NCBI GenBank assembly: GCA_965248355.1
Contig: OZ252098.1
Span: 1,152,001-1,216,000 of the forward strand
Length of the DNA stretch: 64,000 nucleotides
Reading direction: 5' to 3'
Origin: Candidatus Latescibacterota bacterium
GTDB taxonomy: Bacteria > Latescibacterota > UBA2968 > UBA8231
The notes under the pieces are model-generated. The model was not told the origin of the DNA. It saw only the letters and a program-made list of their open reading frames with translations, and did not search any database. Positions 18,351 to 27,672 of this stretch are shown piece after piece; positions within the stretch are counted from its first letter, which is position 1; each line of letters starts with the position of its first letter. A program made the translations under genes and the position numbers.

Positions 18351-19484
18351 TCATCGCCCCCTGAACAGGTAGAGGGTGCCGGTCTCGGTGGTCACCGCCA
18401 GCAGCCGGGCGCTCACGGCCACGGAGGTCAGCACCGGACCGTCGAGGGCATACCGCCAGCGGGCTTCGCCGCTGGATCCGTCCACGGCGAGCAGCTCGCT
18501 GCCCCCGGAGCCGAGGTAGAGAGTTCTCGCCGTGCTTGTCGGCGCCGCGCGGGAGAGACCGCCGGTCTCGAAGCGCCAGCGCAGATCGCCGCTGTCCGGG
18601 TCGAAGGCGTACAGGGCCTGATCGCTGGAGCCCACGGCGAGCACCCCGGCGCCGCGGCCCAGGCCCTCGGCGGGCAGGCCGTCGATCCGCGCCGTCCACA
18701 GCGTCGAGCCGTCGCCGGCCCGCAGACCGTGGACGGCGCCGTCCGCCGCCGCCACCCAGAGCCGGGCGGCCCCGGCGTCGACGGCGGGACGGGTGCGGAT
18801 GGCCGCGCCCAGGGACCGCCGCCAGAGGACCCGGCCGTCGTCGGTGGAGGCGGCGACGATCTCCCCCGTGGAGTCACCCACGTAGACCGCCCCGCCCCCG
18901 ACGCTGGCCGCGCTCAGCAGGCGGCCCTCCAGGGGAACCTCCCACAGGAGATCCCCCCGATCCGCGGACAACGCCGCCAGGCGGCCCGACTCCACCGGCG
19001 CGTAGACCCGCCCGCCGGCGACCGTCGGCGGGGCGCAGACCTCGCCGGGGCGCCGCCACACGGTCTCGCCCGAGGCGCGGTCCACGGCGTGGAGACCGGC
19101 CTGCCGGCCGGTCATGGCCAGCAGCAGCAGCTCGCCCCGTCCGCCGGCCAGGGCGGCGGCGGCGCACAGCGGCCGATCCATGCGCCGGCGGCCCAGGCGG
19201 GTGCCCGTGGCCAGGTCGAAGGCGAGCACGTCCGTCTCGCGGGTCAGCTGCAGGACCATGGGTCCGGCGAGCAGCGGCCCGCCCAGGGGCGCTCCCCCCA
19301 CCGCCTGCCGCCACACCAGGGAGAGGGGGGGCTCCGGGCCTTCGGCCGTGTTGTGGCCGCCGTCCGGGGACCCCCCTTCCTGAACCCAGGCCGGCCCCGC
19401 GCCGCTGTTCCAGGGCGCGAACAGGTTCGCCGGGCCGCAGCCGCAGGCGGCGGCGATCAGCCACGGACCGGCCCGGCGCAGCAC
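18351..19484 (-). CDS. PQQ-type beta-propeller repeat protein (BamB-like), possible lipoprotein
   Basis: Repeated A(L/F)D..TG...W motifs; AAAC near the N-terminus. Start uncertain. Confidence 0.8.
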   Translation of the reverse strand: MLRRAGPWLIAAACGCGPANLFAPWNSGAGPAWVQEGGSPDGGHNTAEGPEPPLSLVWRQAVGGAPLGGPLLAGPMVLQLTRETDVLAFDLATGTRLGRRRMDRPLCAAAALAGGRGELLLLAMTGRQAGLHAVDRASGETVWRRPGEVCAPPTVAGGRVYAPVESGRLAALSADRGDLLWEVPLEGRLLSAASVGGGAVYVGDSTGEIVAASTDDGRVLWRRSLGAAIRTRPAVDAGAARLWVAAADGAVHGLRAGDGSTLWTARIDGLPAEGLGRGAGVLAVGSSDQALYAFDPDSGDLRWRFETGGLSRAAPTSTARTLYLGSGGSELLAVDGSSGEARWRYALDGPVLTSVAVSARLLAVTTETGTLYLFRGR

Positions 19485-19506
19485 CGGACCTGGCCGGCGG
19501 GCCGGG

Positions 19507-22326
19507 TCAGTAGTCCCAGCCAAAGAAGAAATCCCAGCGCGTGTCACCATCCACCGATTTGAAGTCGGTCCGCCGCGAGGCGTCCAGACGGAAGACGAAG
19601 ACCCCTCCCAGACCGATCCGGGCGCCCATCCCGAAGCTCCCCTTCCAGTCCCCGAACCGGTCGTTCCAGGCGTTGCCGGCGTCGGCGAACAGGGCGCCCC
19701 GCAGGGCGGAGAAGGCGATCCTTCCGAAGGGAAACCCGAGTACGAAGCGATCCAGCAGAGGGTAGCGGAGCTCGTGATTCAGCAGCACGAGGTTGCTCCC
19801 CCAGAGAGACCGGAAGCCGTACCCGCGCAAGGTCCAGCTGCCGCCGAGGGAGAAGAACTCGGGCACGTCGCCCCGGCTGTGGCGCCCCATGTAGCGCAGC
19901 GCCAGGCAGGTGCGCGGGGTGAGGCGCAGGTAGTGGCGGTAGTCGCCGTAGAAGGTGGTGTTGAAGGGGCGCGAGCTCTTGAAGTCGACGGTCTGGCCGG
20001 CGCCGAAACTGAAACGGGACCCCTCCATCGGCCCCGTGGGGATCCACAGACTGTTGTCGTGGGTGAAGGTGAGGTGGTTCGAGACCAGCCACCCGGTGAG
20101 CTGGCGCCCCTCGAACTGGCGATCGATGTCCGCGTGACGGGCGGTGAGCCGGGCATCGATGCGATCGTGGCGGTTGAAGGGATAGCTCAACCCTGCCCAC
20201 CCGCCGCTGCGCTTCTCGCGCACGGCGCGGCCGAAGCGGCCGCTCAGGCGGTCGTTCAGATGGAACAGGCCCCAGTCGATGTTGAGCTGACGGGCCAGGT
20301 GCTGGCGGCCGAGAAGGAAGTTGAGCCCGTCGAGGACGCCGCTCCGGGATCCGGAGATATGGGAGAGGACGAAGTAGTAGCGCTCGTCGCCGAGGACGTC
20401 GCTGAGCCCCACCTGGACGCCGCCGGAGGTGCCGAAGACGGGATCCTGGGAGATCTGGCTCTGGGCCACGTCGAAGGAGAGCCGGCGCTTGTAGGTGCGG
20501 CGGCTGACCGCTCCCCGGTCGGGCAGACCGGCCAGGGTCCAGGGACCGACCTCGCCAGGCGGGGGAAGGGCCGCGGAGTCGGGTTCAGAGATTTCCGGCC
20601 GAAGCCGGTAGATCTGGAATCCCCCGGCCTCGTACCCGGTGAGCAGCAACTCCTCCCCGTCCGGCATCCAGGCCGGATCGAAGAGACCGGTCAGGGCGCG
20701 GGTCAGCCGCTTCCGGCTCACCGGTTCGGGGCCGCCGGCCCCGGAGCGCAGGGTCAGCGAGTAGAGATCGAAATAGCCGCGGCGGTCGGAGCTGAAGGCG
20801 ATCCGCCCCCCGTCCGGGGACCAGGCCGGCTGCAGGTCCCTGTGCTCTCCGGAGGTCAGCTGCGTCACCCGGCCGGTGTCGAGGTCGAGGGCGAAGAGAT
20901 GCTGCCGGCCGCCGTCCGCGGGAGCCGAGGCCCGGTCCGAGCTGAAGACCAGCCGGTCGAGCCGGGGGTGCCAGTCGGGATCGCTGTCCAGGCACAGGTC
21001 GTCGGTGAGCGGGGACAGGGCGCCGGTGGCGAGCTCGAGGAGGAACAGGTCGGTGGAGCCGTTTCGGCGGGCGCCGGCGAAGGCGATCCGATCCCCCTCC
21101 GGCGACCACGAAGGCGACGACAGGGCGACGAGCTCGTCGAAGGTGAAACGGTGCCGGCGGCGGCCCTCGTCCAGACCCCACAGGATCAGGTGGTCGCGGC
21201 CGTTGCGCTTGGCCACGAAGGCCAGGACCTCGCCGTCGGGGGAGACGTCGAGGCTGGTCTGCAGGGGATGGAGGGATTCGTACTCGGACTCGCGCTCGCC
21301 GGCCACCACCAGGCGGTGTCCGCCGGCGCCGACGCGGGACCGGGCGATGGTGGTGTAGCCCTGGTCGTTGCGGAAGAACACGTAGGAGACCGAGTCGGAC
21401 GGCAGCTCCCGGGCGGAGCGCGGGGGAATGACCGCCGCTTTCAGGTTGTACCCCGTGCTCGTCAGGGCGTCGGCCAGCCGCCCCGGGGGATCGCCTTCCT
21501 GGATGTCGGGCAGGTAGTCCTTCTGCAGGCGGTAGACCCAGGCCGCGTCGAGGTCCGCCAGGGTCTCGCCGGTGGTGGCCTGCAAGACGCTGTCGAAGTC
21601 CCCGCCCCGCCACCAGTTGTCCAGCAGCCGGGCGAAGACATCCTCGCCGTAGCGGCTGGCCATGAGCTCACAGATCGACTGGCCCTCCTTGTACATCTGG
21701 AAGGTGCCGTGGATCCGGTCCATCCGGGCGATCGGGGCCAGGCGGCCGCTGAAGAGGGCGTCGCGCAGGATCATGTGGGCATAGCTGTCCTGCGGACCCG
21801 ACAGGTACTCGGCGAGCCCCTCGGAGAACCAGAGCGGCCCGAACCAGACGTCCGTCGCCCCCCGGTCGCGCAGCACCGTGCGGATCCGGTCGAACATGAA
21901 CACGTGCACGAGCTCGTGGTGCAGGACGCGCTCGAATTCCGGGTAGGAGCCGCTCAGGGGCAGGGCCACCCGCCCCTTGAGGAACTCGGTGAACCCGGCC
22001 ACCCCCTCCGGGAGCAGTCCCGGCATGATGTTGGTCTGCTCGAAGTAGACGTGGGAGGAGTAGACGATCAGCGGCACCCGGCGGCGCACGGTGTGGACGA
22101 GGCGGCGTTCCAGCTCGCGGAAGCCCTCCTCGGCCATGCGCGCCGCGATCGACGCCAGCTCCTCCTCCTCCGGATAGAAGTAGACGTCGAAGTGGTCGGT
22201 CTCCATCCGCTGCCAGGCGAGCTCGTCGTGCTGGACCTTGTTCTTGCCGAAGCGGTAGGGCTGGGCTCCGGCCGAGGCGGCCGCCAGGAGCACCGAGGCC
22301 AGCAGCGCCGCAAGGGCACGGGGCAC
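19507..22326 (-). CDS. Fusion of an MA-clan metallopeptidase-like domain, PD40/TolB-like beta-propeller and Omp85 (BamA/TamA-type) beta-barrel
   Basis: Signal peptide, FGKNKVQ, HHELVH + WFSEGLAEY, several P.WSP(D/E)G.RIAF repeats, LGGSWTLRGY, LFADAGNAW, terminal FFFGWDY. Confidence 0.85.
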   Translation of the reverse strand: MPRALAALLASVLLAAASAGAQPYRFGKNKVQHDELAWQRMETDHFDVYFYPEEEELASIAARMAEEGFRELERRLVHTVRRRVPLIVYSSHVYFEQTNIMPGLLPEGVAGFTEFLKGRVALPLSGSYPEFERVLHHELVHVFMFDRIRTVLRDRGATDVWFGPLWFSEGLAEYLSGPQDSYAHMILRDALFSGRLAPIARMDRIHGTFQMYKEGQSICELMASRYGEDVFARLLDNWWRGGDFDSVLQATTGETLADLDAAWVYRLQKDYLPDIQEGDPPGRLADALTSTGYNLKAAVIPPRSARELPSDSVSYVFFRNDQGYTTIARSRVGAGGHRLVVAGERESEYESLHPLQTSLDVSPDGEVLAFVAKRNGRDHLILWGLDEGRRRHRFTFDELVALSSPSWSPEGDRIAFAGARRNGSTDLFLLELATGALSPLTDDLCLDSDPDWHPRLDRLVFSSDRASAPADGGRQHLFALDLDTGRVTQLTSGEHRDLQPAWSPDGGRIAFSSDRRGYFDLYSLTLRSGAGGPEPVSRKRLTRALTGLFDPAWMPDGEELLLTGYEAGGFQIYRLRPEISEPDSAALPPPGEVGPWTLAGLPDRGAVSRRTYKRRLSFDVAQSQISQDPVFGTSGGVQVGLSDVLGDERYYFVLSHISGSRSGVLDGLNFLLGRQHLARQLNIDWGLFHLNDRLSGRFGRAVREKRSGGWAGLSYPFNRHDRIDARLTARHADIDRQFEGRQLTGWLVSNHLTFTHDNSLWIPTGPMEGSRFSFGAGQTVDFKSSRPFNTTFYGDYRHYLRLTPRTCLALRYMGRHSRGDVPEFFSLGGSWTLRGYGFRSLWGSNLVLLNHELRYPLLDRFVLGFPFGRIAFSALRGALFADAGNAWNDRFGDWKGSFGMGARIGLGGVFVFRLDASRRTDFKSVDGDTRWDFFFGWDY

Positions 22327-22328
22327 GG

Positions 22329-23408
22329 TCAGCCTCCCGCCAGGTAGCCGCCGAAGCCGCCGCCCCGGGAAAGGGGCCGCCGCAGGCGGATGCGCCGGCC
22401 CGCCTCGACCCCGTGGTCGAAGGCCTCGCTGGCGGCCACGCCCGCGGACCGGCGCGTGACGACGCGCGGATTGTGGTAGCGGTACCAGGCCTGGAGACGG
22501 GCATCCCCTTTCCATACGAGCTCCTCGGAGGTCGGCCCCGCGGACCGGGTGCGCTGCCTCCGGGAGAGCTGCTCGTGAAAGCCCTGCAGGAGGCCGGCCC
22601 GGTAGCGCATGCGCTCGCGCTGGCCCTCCAGGTTGCGGCGCCCGCGGTAGTCCTCCCACAGGGAGCCCAGCAGCCGCGTCAGATAGGCATGGACGTACTC
22701 GGCCATGTCCACGTTCTCCGGCGTGCCGTAGACCTCCAGTACCGAGCCCTCCAGATCGCGGTGGGCGGCGTAGCTGCAGGCCCACAGCACTTCGACGAAG
22801 AAGAAGTCGTTGAGGATCATGGCCAGCCACAGCTCCCAGGAGGCGTGGCGGCCCTTCACCGGACCCAGCCGGCGGCGGGTGAAGGCCCGCTCGCGGTCGG
22901 CCTCGACGAGGTCGACGTTGTACTTCAGCAGCAGCCCCCGGGCCTTGTCCATGGCTGAGCGCGCCTCGTTCTCGTTCGGCGATCCGGCCAGGGACAGCAG
23001 CTTCTTCACCCGCTCGACGACGGGCTCCCCGGCGGGGGCCGGCCCCTCACCGGAGGGCCGGGACGTCGCCCGTGGGTCGCAGCGCAGGCGCCGGCAGGCC
23101 TCCCGGAAGGCGGGTCCGTGGGGCGGCTCCGCCTCGGCATGGAGCACCTCGCCGGCGTACTGGTGAGCCATCTCGTGGCGCAGGGTATCCATCACCTCCG
23201 GCCAGGGGTCGTCGAGGATGTGCCGGCGGCTGATCGTGATCCTGCGCAGGCCCGGGTCCCACGACCCGAGTTGAGCACGCCCCTCGCCGAGCCGGATCTG
23301 GGGGCGCCGCAGGGCCTGGTGCAGGTACTCGTGATCGAAATGCCGCCACCAGCGGTACAAGGCGCGGACCCAGGCGCTGCTCAGGTCACCGGAGTGGACG
23401 TCGGGCAT
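22329..23408 (-). CDS. SprT-like zinc metalloprotease fused to a DUF2786-like domain
   Basis: DTLRHEMAHQY, PPHGPAFREAC, then ERVKKLLSLAGSPNENEARSAMDKARGLLLKYN. Confidence 0.82.
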   Translation of the reverse strand: MPDVHSGDLSSAWVRALYRWWRHFDHEYLHQALRRPQIRLGEGRAQLGSWDPGLRRITISRRHILDDPWPEVMDTLRHEMAHQYAGEVLHAEAEPPHGPAFREACRRLRCDPRATSRPSGEGPAPAGEPVVERVKKLLSLAGSPNENEARSAMDKARGLLLKYNVDLVEADRERAFTRRRLGPVKGRHASWELWLAMILNDFFFVEVLWACSYAAHRDLEGSVLEVYGTPENVDMAEYVHAYLTRLLGSLWEDYRGRRNLEGQRERMRYRAGLLQGFHEQLSRRQRTRSAGPTSEELVWKGDARLQAWYRYHNPRVVTRRSAGVAASEAFDHGVEAGRRIRLRRPLSRGGGFGGYLAGG

Positions 23409-23460
23409 GGCCCAGGGCGCGGTTCTCGCCGGGCGGGAGCCTCAGCGCTCCGGGCGGCCG

Positions 23461-24330
23461 TCATCGCAGGCCTTCGACGAAGGCGGGAGAAAAGCGTCCG
23501 CTGGCCACCTCGTCCACCGCTCCGCGCATGGTCAGGGCATAGCCTTCGTCCACGTCGATGTGGAGGGTGCCGCCCTCGGCCTTCACGGCCACGGGGGCCT
23601 GCACCCGTCCGAGGCGCACGGCGGCGGCAGCAGCGGCGCAGGAGGAGGAACCCGAGGCCAGGGTCTCGCCGGCGCCGCGCTCCCAGATGAGGATGTGCAG
23701 CGACCGGGGGCCGATGGGGGTTGCGAGTTGCACGTTGGTCCGCCGCGGGAAGATCTCGTGGCTCTCGAGGGCCGGACCGAGGGTGAGCAGCTCCTCGCGC
23801 GTCCATCCCTGCCCGCGGTCCCGGAAGAGGACGCAGTGGGGGTTGCCGACGCTGACCCCCGTGAAGCGAAGGTCGCGGCCTGCGGCCCTCACCGGCTGCT
23901 CGATGAGCTCCTTCACCTGCAGACGGCATGGCAGGGCCGATGGACGGAAGGTGGCGCAGCCCATCTCGACGGTGGCCGCGCTGGCGTAGCCCGAGCCGTC
24001 CACGTGCAGCTCGATGGCCACGACCCCCCCCTTCGTCTCCACCGTGAACCGGCGCCGACGGGTGCGTCGGGTGGCGTGGAGGTAGCGGCCGAGGATGCGC
24101 AGGCCGTTTCCGGACTTCTCGGCCTCCGAGCCGTCGGGGTTGTAGATGCGCACTCCGAAATCCGCTCTCCGCGACGACGCCAGGGCGAGGATGCCGTCGC
24201 TGCCGAGACCCCGGTGGCGGTCGCAGATGGCCCGTATGCGCCGGGGTGTGAGGGTGACCTCGAGGTCGGCCGGGTCCAGGGCGATGTAGTCGTTGCCCAG
24301 GCCGTGGCCCTTGAAGAAGCCGTTCCTCAT
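23461..24330 (-). CDS. dapF: Diaminopimelate epimerase
   Basis: FFKGHGLGNDY, DRHRGLGSDG, NPDGSEAEKSGNG, VGNPHCV, WERGAGETLASGSS. The catalytic Cys positions read as Ser (KSGNG, ASGSS). Confidence 0.9.
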   Translation of the reverse strand: MRNGFFKGHGLGNDYIALDPADLEVTLTPRRIRAICDRHRGLGSDGILALASSRRADFGVRIYNPDGSEAEKSGNGLRILGRYLHATRRTRRRRFTVETKGGVVAIELHVDGSGYASAATVEMGCATFRPSALPCRLQVKELIEQPVRAAGRDLRFTGVSVGNPHCVLFRDRGQGWTREELLTLGPALESHEIFPRRTNVQLATPIGPRSLHILIWERGAGETLASGSSSCAAAAAAVRLGRVQAPVAVKAEGGTLHIDVDEGYALTMRGAVDEVASGRFSPAFVEGLR

Positions 24331-24355
24331 CCTGGTGCCGGATTCGACGGCGCCC

Positions 24356-25639
24356 TCAGAAGCGCAGCCTCAGCTCCGCCAGCGGCACGGGGCGGTCCAT
24401 CACCGCGCCCTCGCCGAGAAGGGCCTCCGTCTCCCGGGCCCGGTGGACGGCGTTGGCGGCCCGCACCTGGTCGCGCAGGTGGAGCAAGGAGGCGACCTTG
24501 GTCCAGGCGAGCAGAGGCATCCAGCCGGCCGCTCCATTCCTGCCGGTGGCCCACGCCGTGCCTCCGGCGATGGCGGTCACCCCGAGCATGGCGTATCCCT
24601 GCCCGAACTCGCCGGCGTAGAAGTAGCCGAACCCCGGCAACAGGGCCTCAAGGGTGAAGGCCAGGGCCGTCGACTTCGGAGGCCGGTACGGCGCCATCTG
24701 CTTCGGGATCCGGTGGACACCGATCTCCCGGGCCGAGCGGATCTCCGCCAGCGCATAGACGGCAGGCCGGAGCTGCAGCGGACCGATGACCTCGCGCACA
24801 CTCACCGTGTCGGCGGCCAGATCCTCCACCCGGATCTGCCGCATGCCCCCGGCCTCGAGGGTGATCTCACCCCAGAGGCCGTCGTTCTGCAGTTGCTCCA
24901 GGACCGTGCTTACTGTCTCCTGTCCGTCCTTATCCGCCCGCCCCGAGAGCTCAGCCTCGGTTGGCGCTTGTGCCAGTGGCAGTGGCTCTACAGGCCCTGC
25001 ATCCAAAAGCAAGGACCTTAGGTAGTTCACCTTGATGGCGTAGTTCAGGAGCCCTCCACCTGGAACTCCTCCTCTTGAAATACCGATTACCTCTCCAACT
25101 TCGTTCAAGACAGGCCCCCCGCTGCTACCATACCAAATCGAAGCATCTATCTGTAGATGTTTGGGATCAGTGCTGCTCACAATTCCCTTTGTAAATGTTG
25201 CCTCTCCTCCACCGCTTGGGTTGCCTACGGCGTAGACCGTTTCTCCCACCAGTACCGAATCGCTGTCGCCAAGGGTCAGCACCCGCGATCCCGTGCCTGA
25301 GATCTTGAGCACAACCAGATCCATTTCGCAATCGACCGCTATACGGCCTTCGATTTCGTGCTTGGTCTCCTGGCCGAAGAGCTTCGCGTATCCACGCACC
25401 ATACCCTTGACGACATGACAATTGCTAGCGATCTCACCTTCACCGATTAGGAAGCCACTGCCTTGGCCAACCTGTTGGCCATTAGCATTCTCAAGAACCA
25501 ACTGCACCGTGGACCCACGAGCCTTCTCTGCGATCTCCACCGCGGTGTCGCCGCCCTCCGCCGCATGCGCCTCCGCAAGTACGACTACCACACCGCACAG
25601 CAGCAGCAGCCAACTCCTGGTAGTTCGGGACATTCCCAT
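24356..25639 (-). CDS. Exported trypsin-like serine protease domain fused to a C-terminal membrane-anchor domain
   Basis: AAAGGAG RBS; signal peptide; GSGFLI, NCHVV, DLVVL, GSSGGPVLN..GEVIGI; C-terminal KS..LA..L..LLPGFGYFYAG TM hairpin. Confidence 0.8.
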   Translation of the reverse strand: MGMSRTTRSWLLLLCGVVVVLAEAHAAEGGDTAVEIAEKARGSTVQLVLENANGQQVGQGSGFLIGEGEIASNCHVVKGMVRGYAKLFGQETKHEIEGRIAVDCEMDLVVLKISGTGSRVLTLGDSDSVLVGETVYAVGNPSGGGEATFTKGIVSSTDPKHLQIDASIWYGSSGGPVLNEVGEVIGISRGGVPGGGLLNYAIKVNYLRSLLLDAGPVEPLPLAQAPTEAELSGRADKDGQETVSTVLEQLQNDGLWGEITLEAGGMRQIRVEDLAADTVSVREVIGPLQLRPAVYALAEIRSAREIGVHRIPKQMAPYRPPKSTALAFTLEALLPGFGYFYAGEFGQGYAMLGVTAIAGGTAWATGRNGAAGWMPLLAWTKVASLLHLRDQVRAANAVHRARETEALLGEGAVMDRPVPLAELRLRF

Positions 25640-25677
25640 TCTCCTTTGAGCAGGTCTCCCTGCCGTTCCATCAATCG

Positions 25678-25707
25678 AGTGTAAGGGCTCCCCCGCGAAT
25701 GGGGCAA
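25678..25707 (-). promoter_or_regulatory. Putative sigma70 promoter of the serine protease gene (head of the long minus-strand run)
   Basis: Minus strand TTGCCC-18 nt-TACACT. Confidence 0.4.
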
Positions 25708-25790
25708 GTCCGCCCCCGGCCGGATCACCGGTCCGGCTCCGGCCCCGCTCACCTGCCACCCCCTCCCGCCACTTGCCTATCTTGGCCCGG

Positions 25791-27563
25791 ATGGAAGAGT
25801 CCACTACCGCCACGGGTCCCGCAGGCGTCGGCCCTCCCGACAACGGCCGCATCGTCCGCTTCCTGAAGCGCCACGCGGCGCTCATGGAGCTGGCGGGTCT
25901 CAACGCCTTCCGGGTGCGGGCCTTCGACAACGCGGCGCGCATGCTCGAGGAGCTGGAGGTCGACATCGCCGGGATGTCGTCCGCCGGGCGGCTGACCGAG
26001 ATCGACGGCATCGGCAAGGGGGTGGCGGAGTTCGTCGCCGAGTTCATCGACCGGGGCACCGCGGCGGCCTACGAGGACCTCACCGAGGTGGTCCCGGAGA
26101 CCTTGCTCGACCTCCTGCGCATCCCCGGCCTGGGCCAGAAGAAGGTGAAGGCCCTGTACGACGCCCTCGGCGTCGCCACCTTGGAGGAGCTGGAGGCCGC
26201 CTGCCGGGACGGCCGGCTGGGGGAGCTGCCCGGATTCGGCCCCCGGACCCGGGAGAACCTCCTGCGCGGTATCGCCGGCCTGGCCCGGTTCCGCGGCCGC
26301 TATCGGTACGACCAGGCCCTGGCCGACGCGCGGACCCTGCTGCAGGCGCTGCAGGCCCATCCGCGCACCATCCGCGCCAGCCTCGCCGGCAGCCTGCGCC
26401 GCCGCCGGGAGGTGGTCAAGGACATCGACATCGTCCTGAGCACCGAGTCCCCCGGAGAAGTGGGGGGCCTCTTTGCCGGACTCCCCGGCGTGGTGGAGGT
26501 GATCGCCCGGGGGGAGCGCAAGGTCTCGGTGCGCCTGGAGAGCGGCCTGCAGGCCGACTTGCGGCTCGTCGAGGACTCCCGTTTCCCCTCCATGCTCCAC
26601 CACTTCACCGGCAGCCGGGAGCACAACGTGGCCATGCGCTCCCGCGCCCTGGCCCGCGGCCTGCACCTGAACGAGTACGGCCTGTTCCAGGGGCGGGAGG
26701 GCGACGGCGAGCCCGTACCCTGCGAGCAGGAGGCGGATTTGTTCCGGGCCCTCGGCCTGAGCGAGGTGCCGGCGGAGCTGCGAGAGGGTCTCGGCGAGGT
26801 GGAGGCGGCGGCGGCCGGAGAGCTTCCCCGCCTGCTGACGGCCGCGGATGTTCGGGGCCTGCTCCACGTCCACACGCGCGCCTCGGACGGCGTCGACACC
26901 CTCGAGGGGATGGTCGACGCCGCGCGCCGGCGGGGCTACGAGTACGTCGCCATCTGCGATCACTCCAAGTCGGCGGGCTACGTGTACGGCATGAAGGAGG
27001 CCGACGTGGAGGCGCAGCACCGCGAGATCGACGCCCTGCAGGCGGAGCGCTCCGACATACGCATCCTCAAAGGCATCGAATCCGAGGTGCTGCGAGACGG
27101 CTCCCTCGACTACGACGACGAGTTCCTGGGCCGCTTCGATCTGGTCGTGGCGGCCGTGCACAATGCCATGGGCATGGACGAGCTCGAGCTGACCCGCCGC
27201 GTCGTGCGGGCGGTGGAGCATCCGGCCACGTCGATCCTCGCCCACCCCACCGGCCGGATCCTGCTGGAGCGCGACGGCCATCCCCTCGATCTGGAGGAGG
27301 TCCTGGCCGCCGCCGCGGCCCATGGCGTGGCCCTGGAGTTGAATACCCATCCCGCCCGGCTCGACCTCGACTGGCGCTGGTTGCGCCGGGCCCGCGATCT
27401 CGGCGCGCGCATCGCCGTCAACACCGACGCCCACAAGATCGCCGACCTCGACAACCTCGGCCTCGGTGTCGGCATCGCCCGCAAGGGCTGGCTCACGCCC
27501 CCGGACGTGATCAACACCCGGGCCGTGGACGACCTGCTGAGCTGGTCCCGCCGGAGCACCTGA
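25791..27563 (+). CDS. polX: DNA polymerase X / PHP 3'-5' exonuclease
   Basis: HhH motifs GIGKG/GLGQK/GFGPR, AGSLRR..VKDID, ADLRLV, HFTGSREHN; PHP motifs HVHT..SDG, CDHS, AHPTGR, NTDAH. Confidence 0.94.
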   Translation: MEESTTATGPAGVGPPDNGRIVRFLKRHAALMELAGLNAFRVRAFDNAARMLEELEVDIAGMSSAGRLTEIDGIGKGVAEFVAEFIDRGTAAAYEDLTEVVPETLLDLLRIPGLGQKKVKALYDALGVATLEELEAACRDGRLGELPGFGPRTRENLLRGIAGLARFRGRYRYDQALADARTLLQALQAHPRTIRASLAGSLRRRREVVKDIDIVLSTESPGEVGGLFAGLPGVVEVIARGERKVSVRLESGLQADLRLVEDSRFPSMLHHFTGSREHNVAMRSRALARGLHLNEYGLFQGREGDGEPVPCEQEADLFRALGLSEVPAELREGLGEVEAAAAGELPRLLTAADVRGLLHVHTRASDGVDTLEGMVDAARRRGYEYVAICDHSKSAGYVYGMKEADVEAQHREIDALQAERSDIRILKGIESEVLRDGSLDYDDEFLGRFDLVVAAVHNAMGMDELELTRRVVRAVEHPATSILAHPTGRILLERDGHPLDLEEVLAAAAAHGVALELNTHPARLDLDWRWLRRARDLGARIAVNTDAHKIADLDNLGLGVGIARKGWLTPPDVINTRAVDDLLSWSRRST

Positions 27564-27652
27564 GCCCGAGGGACGCTTCCCGCCACGACGCCCTCGGCCC
27601 AGGAGGACGATCGCCGTCCACGGGATCGATCCCTCCGGGGAATTCATGGGTT

Positions 27653-27672
27653 ATATCAATATATCCTGATAT
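27653..27672. promoter_or_regulatory. 20-bp palindromic operator upstream of metH (SahR-like)
   Basis: ATATCAATATATCCTGATAT = ATATCA-N8-TGATAT, an AT-rich island abutting the -35 box. Confidence 0.65.
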
